From the NCBI GenBank assembly GCA_963579235.1, contig CAUZFM010000002.1, positions 1 to 57,150 of the forward strand: a DNA stretch of 57,150 nt, in the 5' to 3' direction. The notes beneath the pieces are model-generated. The model was not told the origin of the DNA. It made no database searches and was given only the letters and a program-made list of their open reading frames with translations. The position numbers and the translations under genes were made by a program. Below are positions 10,801 through 18,284 of the stretch, one piece after another; the first letter of the stretch is position 1, and each line of letters starts with the position of its first letter. The DNA is from an uncultured Candidatus Binatia bacterium. GTDB lineage: Bacteria; Desulfobacterota; Binatia; UBA1149.

Positions 10801-11869
10801 GCACATGAACGCGGCAGGGGTCGAGCGGGCGGCCGAACTCTACGCCGACGCTGCTGGCTTCGTGGCCTTTTCGGGCACCTCCTTCTCACTCTCGCGCCGG
10901 CTGCTCGAGCGTGGTGAAAACCTGCTGACCAACGATAACTTTGCCGGCGACTTTGCCTGCAGGGCCATGCGTTTTATTGCCGACTACTTCGAGGGAGACT
11001 GGAGCGACAGCCCGCTGCCCGCCACGCGTGACCTCGAAACCGCCATGGAAAACGGCCAGCTCGTGCTCGCCAGCAACTACTTCGGTCTGGCCGCCGAGCG
11101 ATCCACCTGGCAGGGCCACTGGCGCAACAGCGCGCGCATGCTCGACGCGGTCAAGCGACTCGTCGATCTTTACGGCTACGACTTTGCCGTCTCCTGGCGC
11201 GACGCCATTCCCCTCTACGTGGCCGTGCAACAGGACCGCCCCTTCGACGCCATCGAGGCTGCCAACCGCTACCTGTCCGCCCGTCACGAAGATAACCTGC
11301 TGGCCTTCGGCCACGCCATGAAAGCGCGGGCCGAGTGCGCGGCCGGTTATCTCGACGAGGCTGCCCATTCAATAGAATTGTCTGCCGCGGACGCTTCGCG
11401 GGCCGGTGCGCTACCTCCCTACCACGCGGCGCCGCTGGCGGTGGCAAGGTTTGAGCTGGGCCTCACGGCCAACGAGCAGGAGCACGCCGACAGCCCATCG
11501 CGCTGGACGGTGGAAAGAGATTGCAGGCGGGCACTCAGGGCCACGCGGGCACTGGCCCGCGAGCGCCCCGACCTCTACCGAGCCGTGGGGCGCTGGAACC
11601 AGCTTTGCGGCCGGCGGCAGGTGGCGCTCACCTGGTACCGCCGCAGCATCGACGAGGCCCGGCGCCTGGACGCGCTACCGGCGCTGGCTCGCACGCTGGC
11701 GCTGTGCTCGCAACTGTCCTGGACGGGCGACCCACTGCCCAGCGCCGAGCAGTGCCGCGAGCAGTCGCTGTCGTTGGCAGAGTGCCTGCGCAGGAACGAT
11801 GATCGCGACGCCTGGCCCCCGCCTGGGCAGAGCGACGCGAGCTGGGCCACGCGCAACCAGGCCCAGTAA
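7838..11869 (+). CDS. Tandem class III adenylate/guanylate cyclase domains fused to an AAA/STAND P-loop ATPase and a TPR-like helical C-terminus
   Basis: Cyclase domain 1 is EATIVCADLSGFT...FLGDCMLAAF. Cyclase domain 2 is RRQVTVLFAEL...FTGRTMMALFGAP...YTVIGDAVNLAARL. The P-loop is VSGEAGLGKSRLLEEF, followed by a long helical repeat region. Domain 1 starts upstream of the tracked ATG 7952, so the start is placed at CTG 7838 (see finding). Confidence 0.7.
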   Translation: MIELEATIVCADLSGFTLAARDLDPEQVTELVNGCFAGMEDIANAHGGTPLQFLGDCMLAAFPHSEQAESANRHALAAALEMLEWIKQSAPLFPGGKRPGLHIGLEAGQLQLGRTPTGDLLPAGQCTTAAMRLEAAAETGSVLVGSTARQLAGRGFSFSQAADDTPQGSALLASGRTNDHDTLPAGMPRLPESTADGHLQHQRLQQRQPERRQVTVLFAELCQASAPSDAQMQVLTLAVQAEGGYVDKFTGRTMMALFGAPDGLEEAPARAAAALARLLNNDGAGAIKPGAIKPGAIRAGMNSGLVVAGLVGGNNSRQYTVIGDAVNLAARLKDAASPGELYLGEQTAYRLSDRFRVSALAPLSLQGQGRTVQAYALDPLRPPGKGNDAGFRRRKLRAPLVGRDQELAALLGGVKQAHAGEGSVTVVSGEAGLGKSRLLEEFKSDPALSDCLLLESQASQGNSRPFALAADLLRKWCQLSGNESNDDALTLLSAALERSDGQLETELPSFATLLGIQYADENSPGSSQPGSSTPTGDALRKRLQLALSRLATVLSAQRPLVIVLEDLHWADQSSIEILGGLLTASQRAPVVTIITTREDSAAALTGSKTHKRSSQLALSPLDDNDLDRLVTGLLGTAGLPIALRRRIRANAEGNPFYVEEVLRSFIDQGALVQARDGWQTTAAINEVDVPDSVQGVVLARVDAMDDQAREILQAASVIGRHFYHRLLLGTVEDSGELDTALARLEDMQLVGSSMSSRTGSVARRADTAEREYYFHHQVAQQTVYQSLLKGRRRDMHARVAGAIEKVFEQRLDDFEAELAFHWGQAEQADKAEYYLFRAGDNAARSAASAEALAHFREASRLYLQQHGKGGDRARKALLEKNIGLALLNTGDHHECIEHFDASLAWRGRSSSLRTGTAGLLQAGGALARTWLTLGRRRGNAAADKAGSASPSAAELEGLEAEVMRAQALVNVDPQRAFTAALSVVGRLEHMNAAGVERAAELYADAAGFVAFSGTSFSLSRRLLERGENLLTNDNFAGDFACRAMRFIADYFEGDWSDSPLPATRDLETAMENGQLVLASNYFGLAAERSTWQGHWRNSARMLDAVKRLVDLYGYDFAVSWRDAIPLYVAVQQDRPFDAIEAANRYLSARHEDNLLAFGHAMKARAECAAGYLDEAAHSIELSAADASRAGALPPYHAAPLAVARFELGLTANEQEHADSPSRWTVERDCRRALRATRALARERPDLYRAVGRWNQLCGRRQVALTWYRRSIDEARRLDALPALARTLALCSQLSWTGDPLPSAEQCREQSLSLAECLRRNDDRDAWPPPGQSDASWATRNQAQ
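8690..8734 (+). repeat. 15-bp in-frame tandem repeat (2 exact units plus 1 degenerate) encoding GAIKP-GAIKP-GAIRA inside cyclase domain 2
   Basis: ggtgccatcaaaccc occurs at 8690-8704 and 8705-8719, then ggcgccatacgagcg. Confidence 0.8.
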
Positions 11870-11892
11870 ACCGGCAGCGCAGCCGCCAACCT

Positions 11893-11910
11893 GGGTTTAC
11901 GCACAAACCC
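11893..11910. promoter_or_regulatory. Perfect inverted repeat GGGTTT-N6-AAACCC, either a candidate EBP upstream activating site or a weak terminator of the cyclase gene
   Basis: Seen directly. It lies 24 nt after the cyclase stop and about 110 nt upstream of the sigma54 -24 element. No T-tract follows. Confidence 0.3.
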
Positions 11911-12019
11911 CTGGGCGCTTTCCACACTTAGCACTGGCGATGCACCCCCAACCGCCCAGCCGGCAAAAACAGCCAGTATAATTGAAGGACTCAGACTCAT
12001 TTACACGGACATACCGCTC

Positions 12020-12034
12020 TGGCACGGTGGTTGC
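12020..12034 (+). promoter_or_regulatory. Sigma54 (RpoN) -24/-12 promoter
   Basis: TGGCAC-GGTGG-TTGC is an exact match to TGGCAC-N5-TTGC with canonical GG/GC spacing. It lies 33 nt upstream of ATG 12067. Confidence 0.6.
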
Positions 12035-12066
12035 TTACTTGCAGCTTGGAGAAAACCGAGAACAGC

Positions 12067-15000
12067 ATGCAAGGACCAACTGCAAAACGACAGCGCAAAA
12101 GTTTTTTACCCACTTGGGGGGTAGTCAGCAATAGTCCGCCTGATAGTCTTGTTTCCTGGGAGACTGTGGGTTCCCGGGGGTCTGTTCTGAGACTGTTAGA
12201 CACAACTACTTCTACTGTCCGCTCCCGGCCGGGTGAAAGGGCGGGCGCGAGCGGTGCCATCGCGCTGGCTGCGCTGGTTCTGTTGATTGCGCTGGCGCTG
12301 GCGCCCACGATTTCGCAGGCTGCGTGCAACCTGATCCCCCAGACGACGCGCGTGTTCCGGGGAGAACTGGGCCAACTCGACCGGCCATGGGCCACGCCGG
12401 GCGACTGGGTAAGCGTGTCGTTGGACAGCGGCTGCCACGCCGCCAGCGACTTCTCGTCTTCAGGCTTTACCGGTACCGCCGGCGACTACGTTGTAACCGT
12501 GGTCGATACCCCAGGCACCGGCAAGCTTTCGGCCATCGTCCTTGCAGACGACTGCTCTACACTGTCGGCTACCGTATCTGCCTGCGCAGGAGGTGACATA
12601 GTTGCCAGCGAATGCCGTGAACTGGGCACCTCGGGAGACACGATCGAGTTCCAGGTCCTCAACTCGGCGCTGCGCTTTGTTTACCCTGATACCGACGACC
12701 TGCTGCCTCCCAGCGGGGCATCGTGCATTGGAGGACTTAACTCCGGAACCCCCTGCACCAGCAATACCGAATGCCCGGACAGTTCCTGCGGCAGCCCGGA
12801 TGGATTAACGCTAGCCGGACCGGCCCGTATAGTCGTGACACACGCGACTACCGATACCTGGAGCTGCAGCAACATCAGCACCGACTGCGCGGATTACGGA
12901 AACAGCGACGTGGCGGCCTGCGTTGATTCGCTTTATACCGACGACGGCAGCTGCAACGCCGTGACCAACCACGACGTGTTCCCCAGCTTTGTCGGCCTGC
13001 CACACACCAATGACTTTGCCCAACTCTGCACCCCCGAAGACCCTACCGATCTGACTGATCCGTGTACGGAATCTGAAAACGAAGTGGTTATGGCCGTCGA
13101 CGAGGACGGCAACCTTCTGATTCCGGTGGACTGGACTAACATATTGATCGACGGAGAAGTGCCGACCCCGATACTGCTCAACGGTGCCAGTGCGATAGAC
13201 AATTACACCGGATCTGGAGACCCGGTTGTCCTGCCCAACGAAGACTTCGTAGACTCCTACACGCTGGAGGGAGCTATACTTCCACCGGTCTTGTCACCTT
13301 CGGCCAACGAGGGAAACAGTACCGAGATCGCGCTGTTCGGCTCGGCCGATGCCCCCGTTACCGTTCTACGCCTGGTCCCACTGAGTCCTGGTGACACCGT
13401 CTGCTCGGCCGTAGCCCCCTTGCTGGAAGACGTCCCCTGCACCGAGGATACTACGTGCAGTGGTGGAACCTGCGGAAGCGCCAAGTGCGTAGGTGGAGAC
13501 AACCCCGGCGATCCCTGCACGGATTCTTCCCAGTGCATCAACGGCGGAACATGCGGCATACCGCTTTTCGATTTCAGCGACCGAAGGTACAACTCGACCA
13601 TCAACGGCGCCGTGGTCATAGATAAATCAGACCTGCTGGCCAAGATCGCCGGCCTAGAAAAGGGCGCATGCTCCGTTTCCGGAGACCTATGTGACCTGGA
13701 CAATCCCTGCCCGCCGGGCGAAAGCTGCGTTAATTTCCGGATGTCGATAGCGGGCTCGGCGCCACTTGAAGGTATCTACTCGACCGACACCCTGTATGCT
13801 TTTGTAACGGAAGAAGAAGTCGAAGACGATCAACTCAACGACGACTTCGACAAGATCGACAGGGTACTGCTCCTGCGTGACCGGAATACCGCCGAGCTTC
13901 TACGAACCGGCAGCAACTTGACAGACGGTCGCGCGATTACATACGCAACGGATTCTCCTTTCTCATGGCCGGTAATCGCGCTGGAGGGAGATATCGTCGC
14001 CATGACCGAGCCCGAGTGGGCCGAGGGCGATTGCGACGTTTCCAATTGCGATCGCAACGGTGACTACGACATAGCCGACAGCATGCTCCGAGTTTTCAGG
14101 CGGGACGACACCAATGACCCGATCGTAGCCGAAGACCTAACCGTGAGCGGGGGACTGCCCCTGCAGATACCGGTAGGTGTCGGAAACCTTATAGACGATC
14201 GCAGCCTGGCGGTAAGCAACGGCCTGGTATTCTTCGGCAGCTCGGAATTACAACAGTCCTCGGGGGACTGGCAGAATGCCAGCCTCAACAATTTCAACGA
14301 CCCGGCGAACGATACCAGCAGTGAACCCTCCCTGTCTTTCGGCGGACTTTACGTCGCTTTCTCCAGTTACGCCGACAACCTTTCCGATAACACCACGCAA
14401 GGCCTCAGTAATATTTTCGTTCGCGACCGGGCAAACAACACTACCGCTTTGATCACCGTTGCCGACAACAGCGACCCGGCAGACGATGACAGCTCTCAGC
14501 CTTCGATATCGGGTGATGGTCGGATCCTCGTGTACGCCAGCCGCGCGACCAATATCGATTCGTCCTACATCTCGGGCACCAATACCTGGCAGGTTTACCT
14601 CGCAGATCGCGGGCCCGCCGTGGACCAGTCGGGGGACTGCTTCTACAACGAACCTTCGGTCCTCAACAGGATGGTTTCGATTTCTCCTGCATTCTTCGAC
14701 CCAGGGAACGGCGACAGCAGCGCGCCCGTCATATCGGAAAATGGAGGGACCATAGTTTTCCAGAGTATTTCCACGGACCTGGACAACGGCACTCAAGACA
14801 CTAACAACGTCACCGATATATTCTTTGTAGATTATAATCGCGGCCAGGAAGCTCTTGGCTCCATCGTCCAGCTCACTAATGGAGGGACAAACAGGTCCAG
14901 TGACTCTGCAAGCGTCGGTCGAGATGGGCGCTACATTACGTTCAGGAGTGATGCGGCGCTGGTCGACGAAGACAACAACGGCAAATCAGACGTGTATCTC

Positions 15001-17898
15001 TACGACAGGGACTCCGACGGCGACGGGGTCTTCGACACGCCGGGTAGCACTTCGCTTGTACTGGTGAGCAGAACGGAGGACGGCCAGGCCGCCAACGGCG
15101 ACAGCAGCGAACCCCGGGTATCTCCTGATGGCCTGCGGGTCGTCTTCACCAGCGACGCGATCGACCTTGTGCCAGGCGTAGAATACGACCCGACCTGCCT
15201 GGGTGGAGTAAACGACGGATCTCCCTGCAGTAGCAACGCTGATTGCCCGGGGCAAAACGCAAGATGCACCGGCCACAGGAATGTTTTTGTCTACAACACC
15301 AGGGAGCAGGCAATGGTCCTGGCCAGCACAAACAGCGCCGGCCGAAGTTCGAACGCCGACTGCCTCGCTCCATCGATAGCCGGCAATAATCGCAGTGTCA
15401 TTTTTGTCTCCGACGCAACCAACCTCGCCGGTCCGGCCATGTCCGATGTCAATCTCGGAGAAGACCTATACCTTCGTGACCTCGTGGCAAATACGACCAG
15501 GTTGATTAACGCGGACCCGACGAACCCTTCCCAGTCCGGCCACTTCCTGGCGGGAAAACCCGTAATCGCCGATACCGGACAGGTCGTCGCCTGGGCAGAA
15601 CCAGATACCGGCCAGTTAACCGTTTACTCGGGCCACTCCCTCGACGACCTTGACGGTGACCTGGAGTCAAACGATATCGTGCTGCAGGTATTCGAGCCCG
15701 ATGGTGCCACGACCGAAATTATAGGTATTTCGCACCTTGCCTCGGCCTCGCAGGGAATGATCGCCTACCTCACCCCCGAAATGACGAGAACGTTCAGCCC
15801 CTGCTTTCCCGCGGAGGGAGACGTCAACCTGGATGGCGACAGTGATGATTCCCTGCTGTCCCTGTGGTCAGGTCCAGCCACTTCAATTTCGCTTGGCTGC
15901 ACGGCAACTAACGTCGCGATGACTACCAGGTTACTCGCTGCAGTGGTCGATGAAACTCTTCTCGCCTCAAGCGGCGCTGCTATTGACCTTAACGGAGACG
16001 GTGACGCCCGGGATAGCGTGGTCATGATTATCCCCGATCCTTCAGGGGTAGCCGGTGTTGCCGGAATTACCTGTCCAACTGTTTCAACCGGCAACGGCTG
16101 GTGGTACGGCAGCGGACGCTCGGCAAAACCAGAATCTCTTCGTGCCTCGGGACAGGTAGCCACCTGGCTGACCCGTGAAAGCGACGAGGGAACTAACCTG
16201 AACGGAGGATCTGGAGACTCCGACACCGACGACAAGGCTGTCGTACTCCTGGACAGCAGCGTCCTCCCACCTGGCGTTACCACCCTGGGCATCGATGCTG
16301 ACGCCATCGTCCTGGGAGAAGCTGCAAGCGCGTGCGACCCAGAGGTTTCCCTGCAACTGGTAGCCGCCGCGGTTTCGGAATCCGGCCAGGGCAACACGAA
16401 CCTCAATGGCGGCGCCGAAAGCGGAAATACCGACATCGACACCAGCGACCACGTGATGCACGTTTACGACGCCATCTCGGGCACACTGGTCAACACGGGC
16501 CAGGCCGTAACGAAATGTGATTTCATGGAGTGTGACCCGAGGCTGCCCTTCGAAGTGAGCGGCTCGCTCGTACGTTTCCTGACCAAGGAAGACGAGCAGG
16601 GCATAAACGTAGACCTCGACGGCGACGGCGACACCACTGGCATAGTGCTGCAGGTGTTTGATTTCTGCACCGGGACGACGAACACCGTCGCCACCGTTGA
16701 TCCGAGTGCCGGCAATCCTTTCTCCGGTGCCAGCGGCAACGGTAACGCAGGCGTAGCCATGGCTACGCCTGCCGGACGATGCCTGAACTATGGTGACAGT
16801 TGCAACACCGGCGATGACTGCCCGACCGATTGGCACTGCGTGGAAGTCGACAACGACAGCCTGTGCCAGCGAGATCATGGAGTTTGCCAGGACGACTCCG
16901 ACTGCCCGCCTGATTCTACCTGCCAGGAGCAATTGATAATGGTCGTGTCCGGTGATTTCGACGGCGATGGCGTCGTCGATGCCTCGGATAATTGCATCGA
17001 AGTATCCAATCGCGACCAGCAAGACGACAACGACGACGGCAGGGGCGATGCTTGTACTGCCGAGACCCCCTGCGGGGACGGAACTCCCTCGCCCGGGGAG
17101 TGCGACGATGGCAACAACGACAACGGTGACGGTTGCTCGTCGACCTGCGAAACCGAAAACCTGCAGAACAAACAGCAGGCCAGGTGCATCGTAAAGATGA
17201 ACCAGAAGGCAGTGCCCAAAGTCGTCAAGGCCCAGGCCAAGGTTGAGAAAACCTGCATGGAGAGTGCAGGGGAAGGCAATGTTACAGACATAACCGCGTG
17301 CGCTACGCTGGACGCCAAGGCCATTCTTTCAAAAACGTTTAACAAGAATGTAACCGATGCAGAGAGATATTGCGCGCAGGCGCCTGATTTTGGCTTCACC
17401 AGTGCCAATGAAATCAACACGGCGGGGGTCGCTTCACAGTACAGGCTCAGTGAATCAATGTTCGGTGACCTGATGCGGGAGTGGGACAGCATCGGCGCGG
17501 GTAAGTGCCGGACGAATGTCCATAAGCAGCTCAGCAAGATCCTTAAAAGAGCACCGGCGACGTTCACCAAGTGCAAAAAACGTGGCCTGGCCGACAATAT
17601 AAGATCCTCGGATCAGCTGGCCGAGTGTATGAGCACGGTGAGAACATCGCGCGCCATAGCCAAGGGCCCGGGGAAAGTAGCCAGGGCGGTCGCGAACGAC
17701 GAATGCCAACTGCAGGTACCAGTATCTACCCTGTTCCCCGGCGTTTGCGGCCAGGACCCGACGACAGGCGGAATGGAACAATGTATCAGCGAGAACACAT
17801 TGTGCCAGGTCTGTGGCCTGCTTAACGCGGCTGACGGGCTTGACCAGGACTGTGACTTGTTCGACGATGCCCTGGCCAACGGTAGCTGCCCCCAGTAA
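12067..17898 (+). CDS. Giant secreted/surface multidomain protein (Cys-rich modules, PD40 beta-propeller repeats, Ca-binding DxDxDG-type repeats, thrombospondin type-3-like repeat with RGD, Myxococcus cysteine-rich repeat, Cys-rich helical C-terminal domain)
   Basis: 1943 aa counted from ATG 12067. The hydrophobic signal/anchor is AIALAALVLLIALALAPTISQAA. At least 6 PD40-like units are present (SSEPSLSFGGLYVAFSS, SSQPSISGDGRILVYAS, SSAPVISENGGTIVFQS, SASVGRDGRYITFRS, SSEPRVSPDGLRVVFTS, APSIAGNNRSVIFVS). The TSP3-like repeat is DFDGDGVVDASDNCIEVSNRDQQDDNDDGRGDAC. The Myxococcus Cys-rich repeat (DUF4215 type) is CGDGTPSPGECDDGNNDNGDGCSSTC. Confidence 0.8.
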   Translation: MQGPTAKRQRKSFLPTWGVVSNSPPDSLVSWETVGSRGSVLRLLDTTTSTVRSRPGERAGASGAIALAALVLLIALALAPTISQAACNLIPQTTRVFRGELGQLDRPWATPGDWVSVSLDSGCHAASDFSSSGFTGTAGDYVVTVVDTPGTGKLSAIVLADDCSTLSATVSACAGGDIVASECRELGTSGDTIEFQVLNSALRFVYPDTDDLLPPSGASCIGGLNSGTPCTSNTECPDSSCGSPDGLTLAGPARIVVTHATTDTWSCSNISTDCADYGNSDVAACVDSLYTDDGSCNAVTNHDVFPSFVGLPHTNDFAQLCTPEDPTDLTDPCTESENEVVMAVDEDGNLLIPVDWTNILIDGEVPTPILLNGASAIDNYTGSGDPVVLPNEDFVDSYTLEGAILPPVLSPSANEGNSTEIALFGSADAPVTVLRLVPLSPGDTVCSAVAPLLEDVPCTEDTTCSGGTCGSAKCVGGDNPGDPCTDSSQCINGGTCGIPLFDFSDRRYNSTINGAVVIDKSDLLAKIAGLEKGACSVSGDLCDLDNPCPPGESCVNFRMSIAGSAPLEGIYSTDTLYAFVTEEEVEDDQLNDDFDKIDRVLLLRDRNTAELLRTGSNLTDGRAITYATDSPFSWPVIALEGDIVAMTEPEWAEGDCDVSNCDRNGDYDIADSMLRVFRRDDTNDPIVAEDLTVSGGLPLQIPVGVGNLIDDRSLAVSNGLVFFGSSELQQSSGDWQNASLNNFNDPANDTSSEPSLSFGGLYVAFSSYADNLSDNTTQGLSNIFVRDRANNTTALITVADNSDPADDDSSQPSISGDGRILVYASRATNIDSSYISGTNTWQVYLADRGPAVDQSGDCFYNEPSVLNRMVSISPAFFDPGNGDSSAPVISENGGTIVFQSISTDLDNGTQDTNNVTDIFFVDYNRGQEALGSIVQLTNGGTNRSSDSASVGRDGRYITFRSDAALVDEDNNGKSDVYLYDRDSDGDGVFDTPGSTSLVLVSRTEDGQAANGDSSEPRVSPDGLRVVFTSDAIDLVPGVEYDPTCLGGVNDGSPCSSNADCPGQNARCTGHRNVFVYNTREQAMVLASTNSAGRSSNADCLAPSIAGNNRSVIFVSDATNLAGPAMSDVNLGEDLYLRDLVANTTRLINADPTNPSQSGHFLAGKPVIADTGQVVAWAEPDTGQLTVYSGHSLDDLDGDLESNDIVLQVFEPDGATTEIIGISHLASASQGMIAYLTPEMTRTFSPCFPAEGDVNLDGDSDDSLLSLWSGPATSISLGCTATNVAMTTRLLAAVVDETLLASSGAAIDLNGDGDARDSVVMIIPDPSGVAGVAGITCPTVSTGNGWWYGSGRSAKPESLRASGQVATWLTRESDEGTNLNGGSGDSDTDDKAVVLLDSSVLPPGVTTLGIDADAIVLGEAASACDPEVSLQLVAAAVSESGQGNTNLNGGAESGNTDIDTSDHVMHVYDAISGTLVNTGQAVTKCDFMECDPRLPFEVSGSLVRFLTKEDEQGINVDLDGDGDTTGIVLQVFDFCTGTTNTVATVDPSAGNPFSGASGNGNAGVAMATPAGRCLNYGDSCNTGDDCPTDWHCVEVDNDSLCQRDHGVCQDDSDCPPDSTCQEQLIMVVSGDFDGDGVVDASDNCIEVSNRDQQDDNDDGRGDACTAETPCGDGTPSPGECDDGNNDNGDGCSSTCETENLQNKQQARCIVKMNQKAVPKVVKAQAKVEKTCMESAGEGNVTDITACATLDAKAILSKTFNKNVTDAERYCAQAPDFGFTSANEINTAGVASQYRLSESMFGDLMREWDSIGAGKCRTNVHKQLSKILKRAPATFTKCKKRGLADNIRSSDQLAECMSTVRTSRAIAKGPGKVARAVANDECQLQVPVSTLFPGVCGQDPTTGGMEQCISENTLCQVCGLLNAADGLDQDCDLFDDALANGSCPQ

Positions 17899-17925
17899 CC
17901 CGGCCACTTCCCGCGGGCCACTCAC

Positions 17926-18207
17926 GTGAACATAAACTATCTCCTACTGTGTGCGATTGTTGGTGTCGCAGCCGGCGCGGTGCCGGCCTTCCTGCACGGC
18001 CCCATACCCTACAAGTTCGACGCCGTCACGATCAACGGCTCGTTGGCGGTGTGGGGATTCTACCTCGCGCGCTGTTCTATCGGCCTACTCGTGGGCATCA
18101 GCACCTGGCCACGAGCCTGGTACCTGAGGGGACCGCTGTGCGGACTGTTGATGATGATGCCCCTGGCCATCGTCTTGCTGGCGACGCCCGGCTGCCGTGA
18201 ACCTTGA
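17926..18207 (+). CDS. Small hypothetical membrane protein (3 predicted TM helices) ending at an in-frame TGA followed directly by ATG
   Basis: 93 aa from a GTG start, hydrophobic throughout (LLLCAIVGVAAGAVPAFL, LAVWGFYLARCSIGLLVGI, LCGLLMMMPLAIVLLA). No family recognised. Confidence 0.35.
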   Translation: MNINYLLLCAIVGVAAGAVPAFLHGPIPYKFDAVTINGSLAVWGFYLARCSIGLLVGISTWPRAWYLRGPLCGLLMMMPLAIVLLATPGCREP

Positions 18208-18284
18208 ATGTTCTGGAACACGGTCACCGGTTCGGTGATCGGCCTTGTTGTTGCCGGTGTCGCACGAGGGGTTACCGGCCGCGA

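Noticed and set aside
12031-12066. TTG 12031 as the start of the giant ORF, as given by the ORF track
   Set aside because: The TTG is the -12 element of the sigma54 promoter itself and would lie upstream of the predicted transcription start. ATG 12067 is preferred.
18205-18207. Genome-wide TGA reassignment as the explanation for the in-frame TGA
   Set aside because: TGA terminates several well-defined genes in this window at family-typical C-termini (thrH at 5887, the ACAD at 25134, the DUF35 at 35196). Only a local event is plausible.
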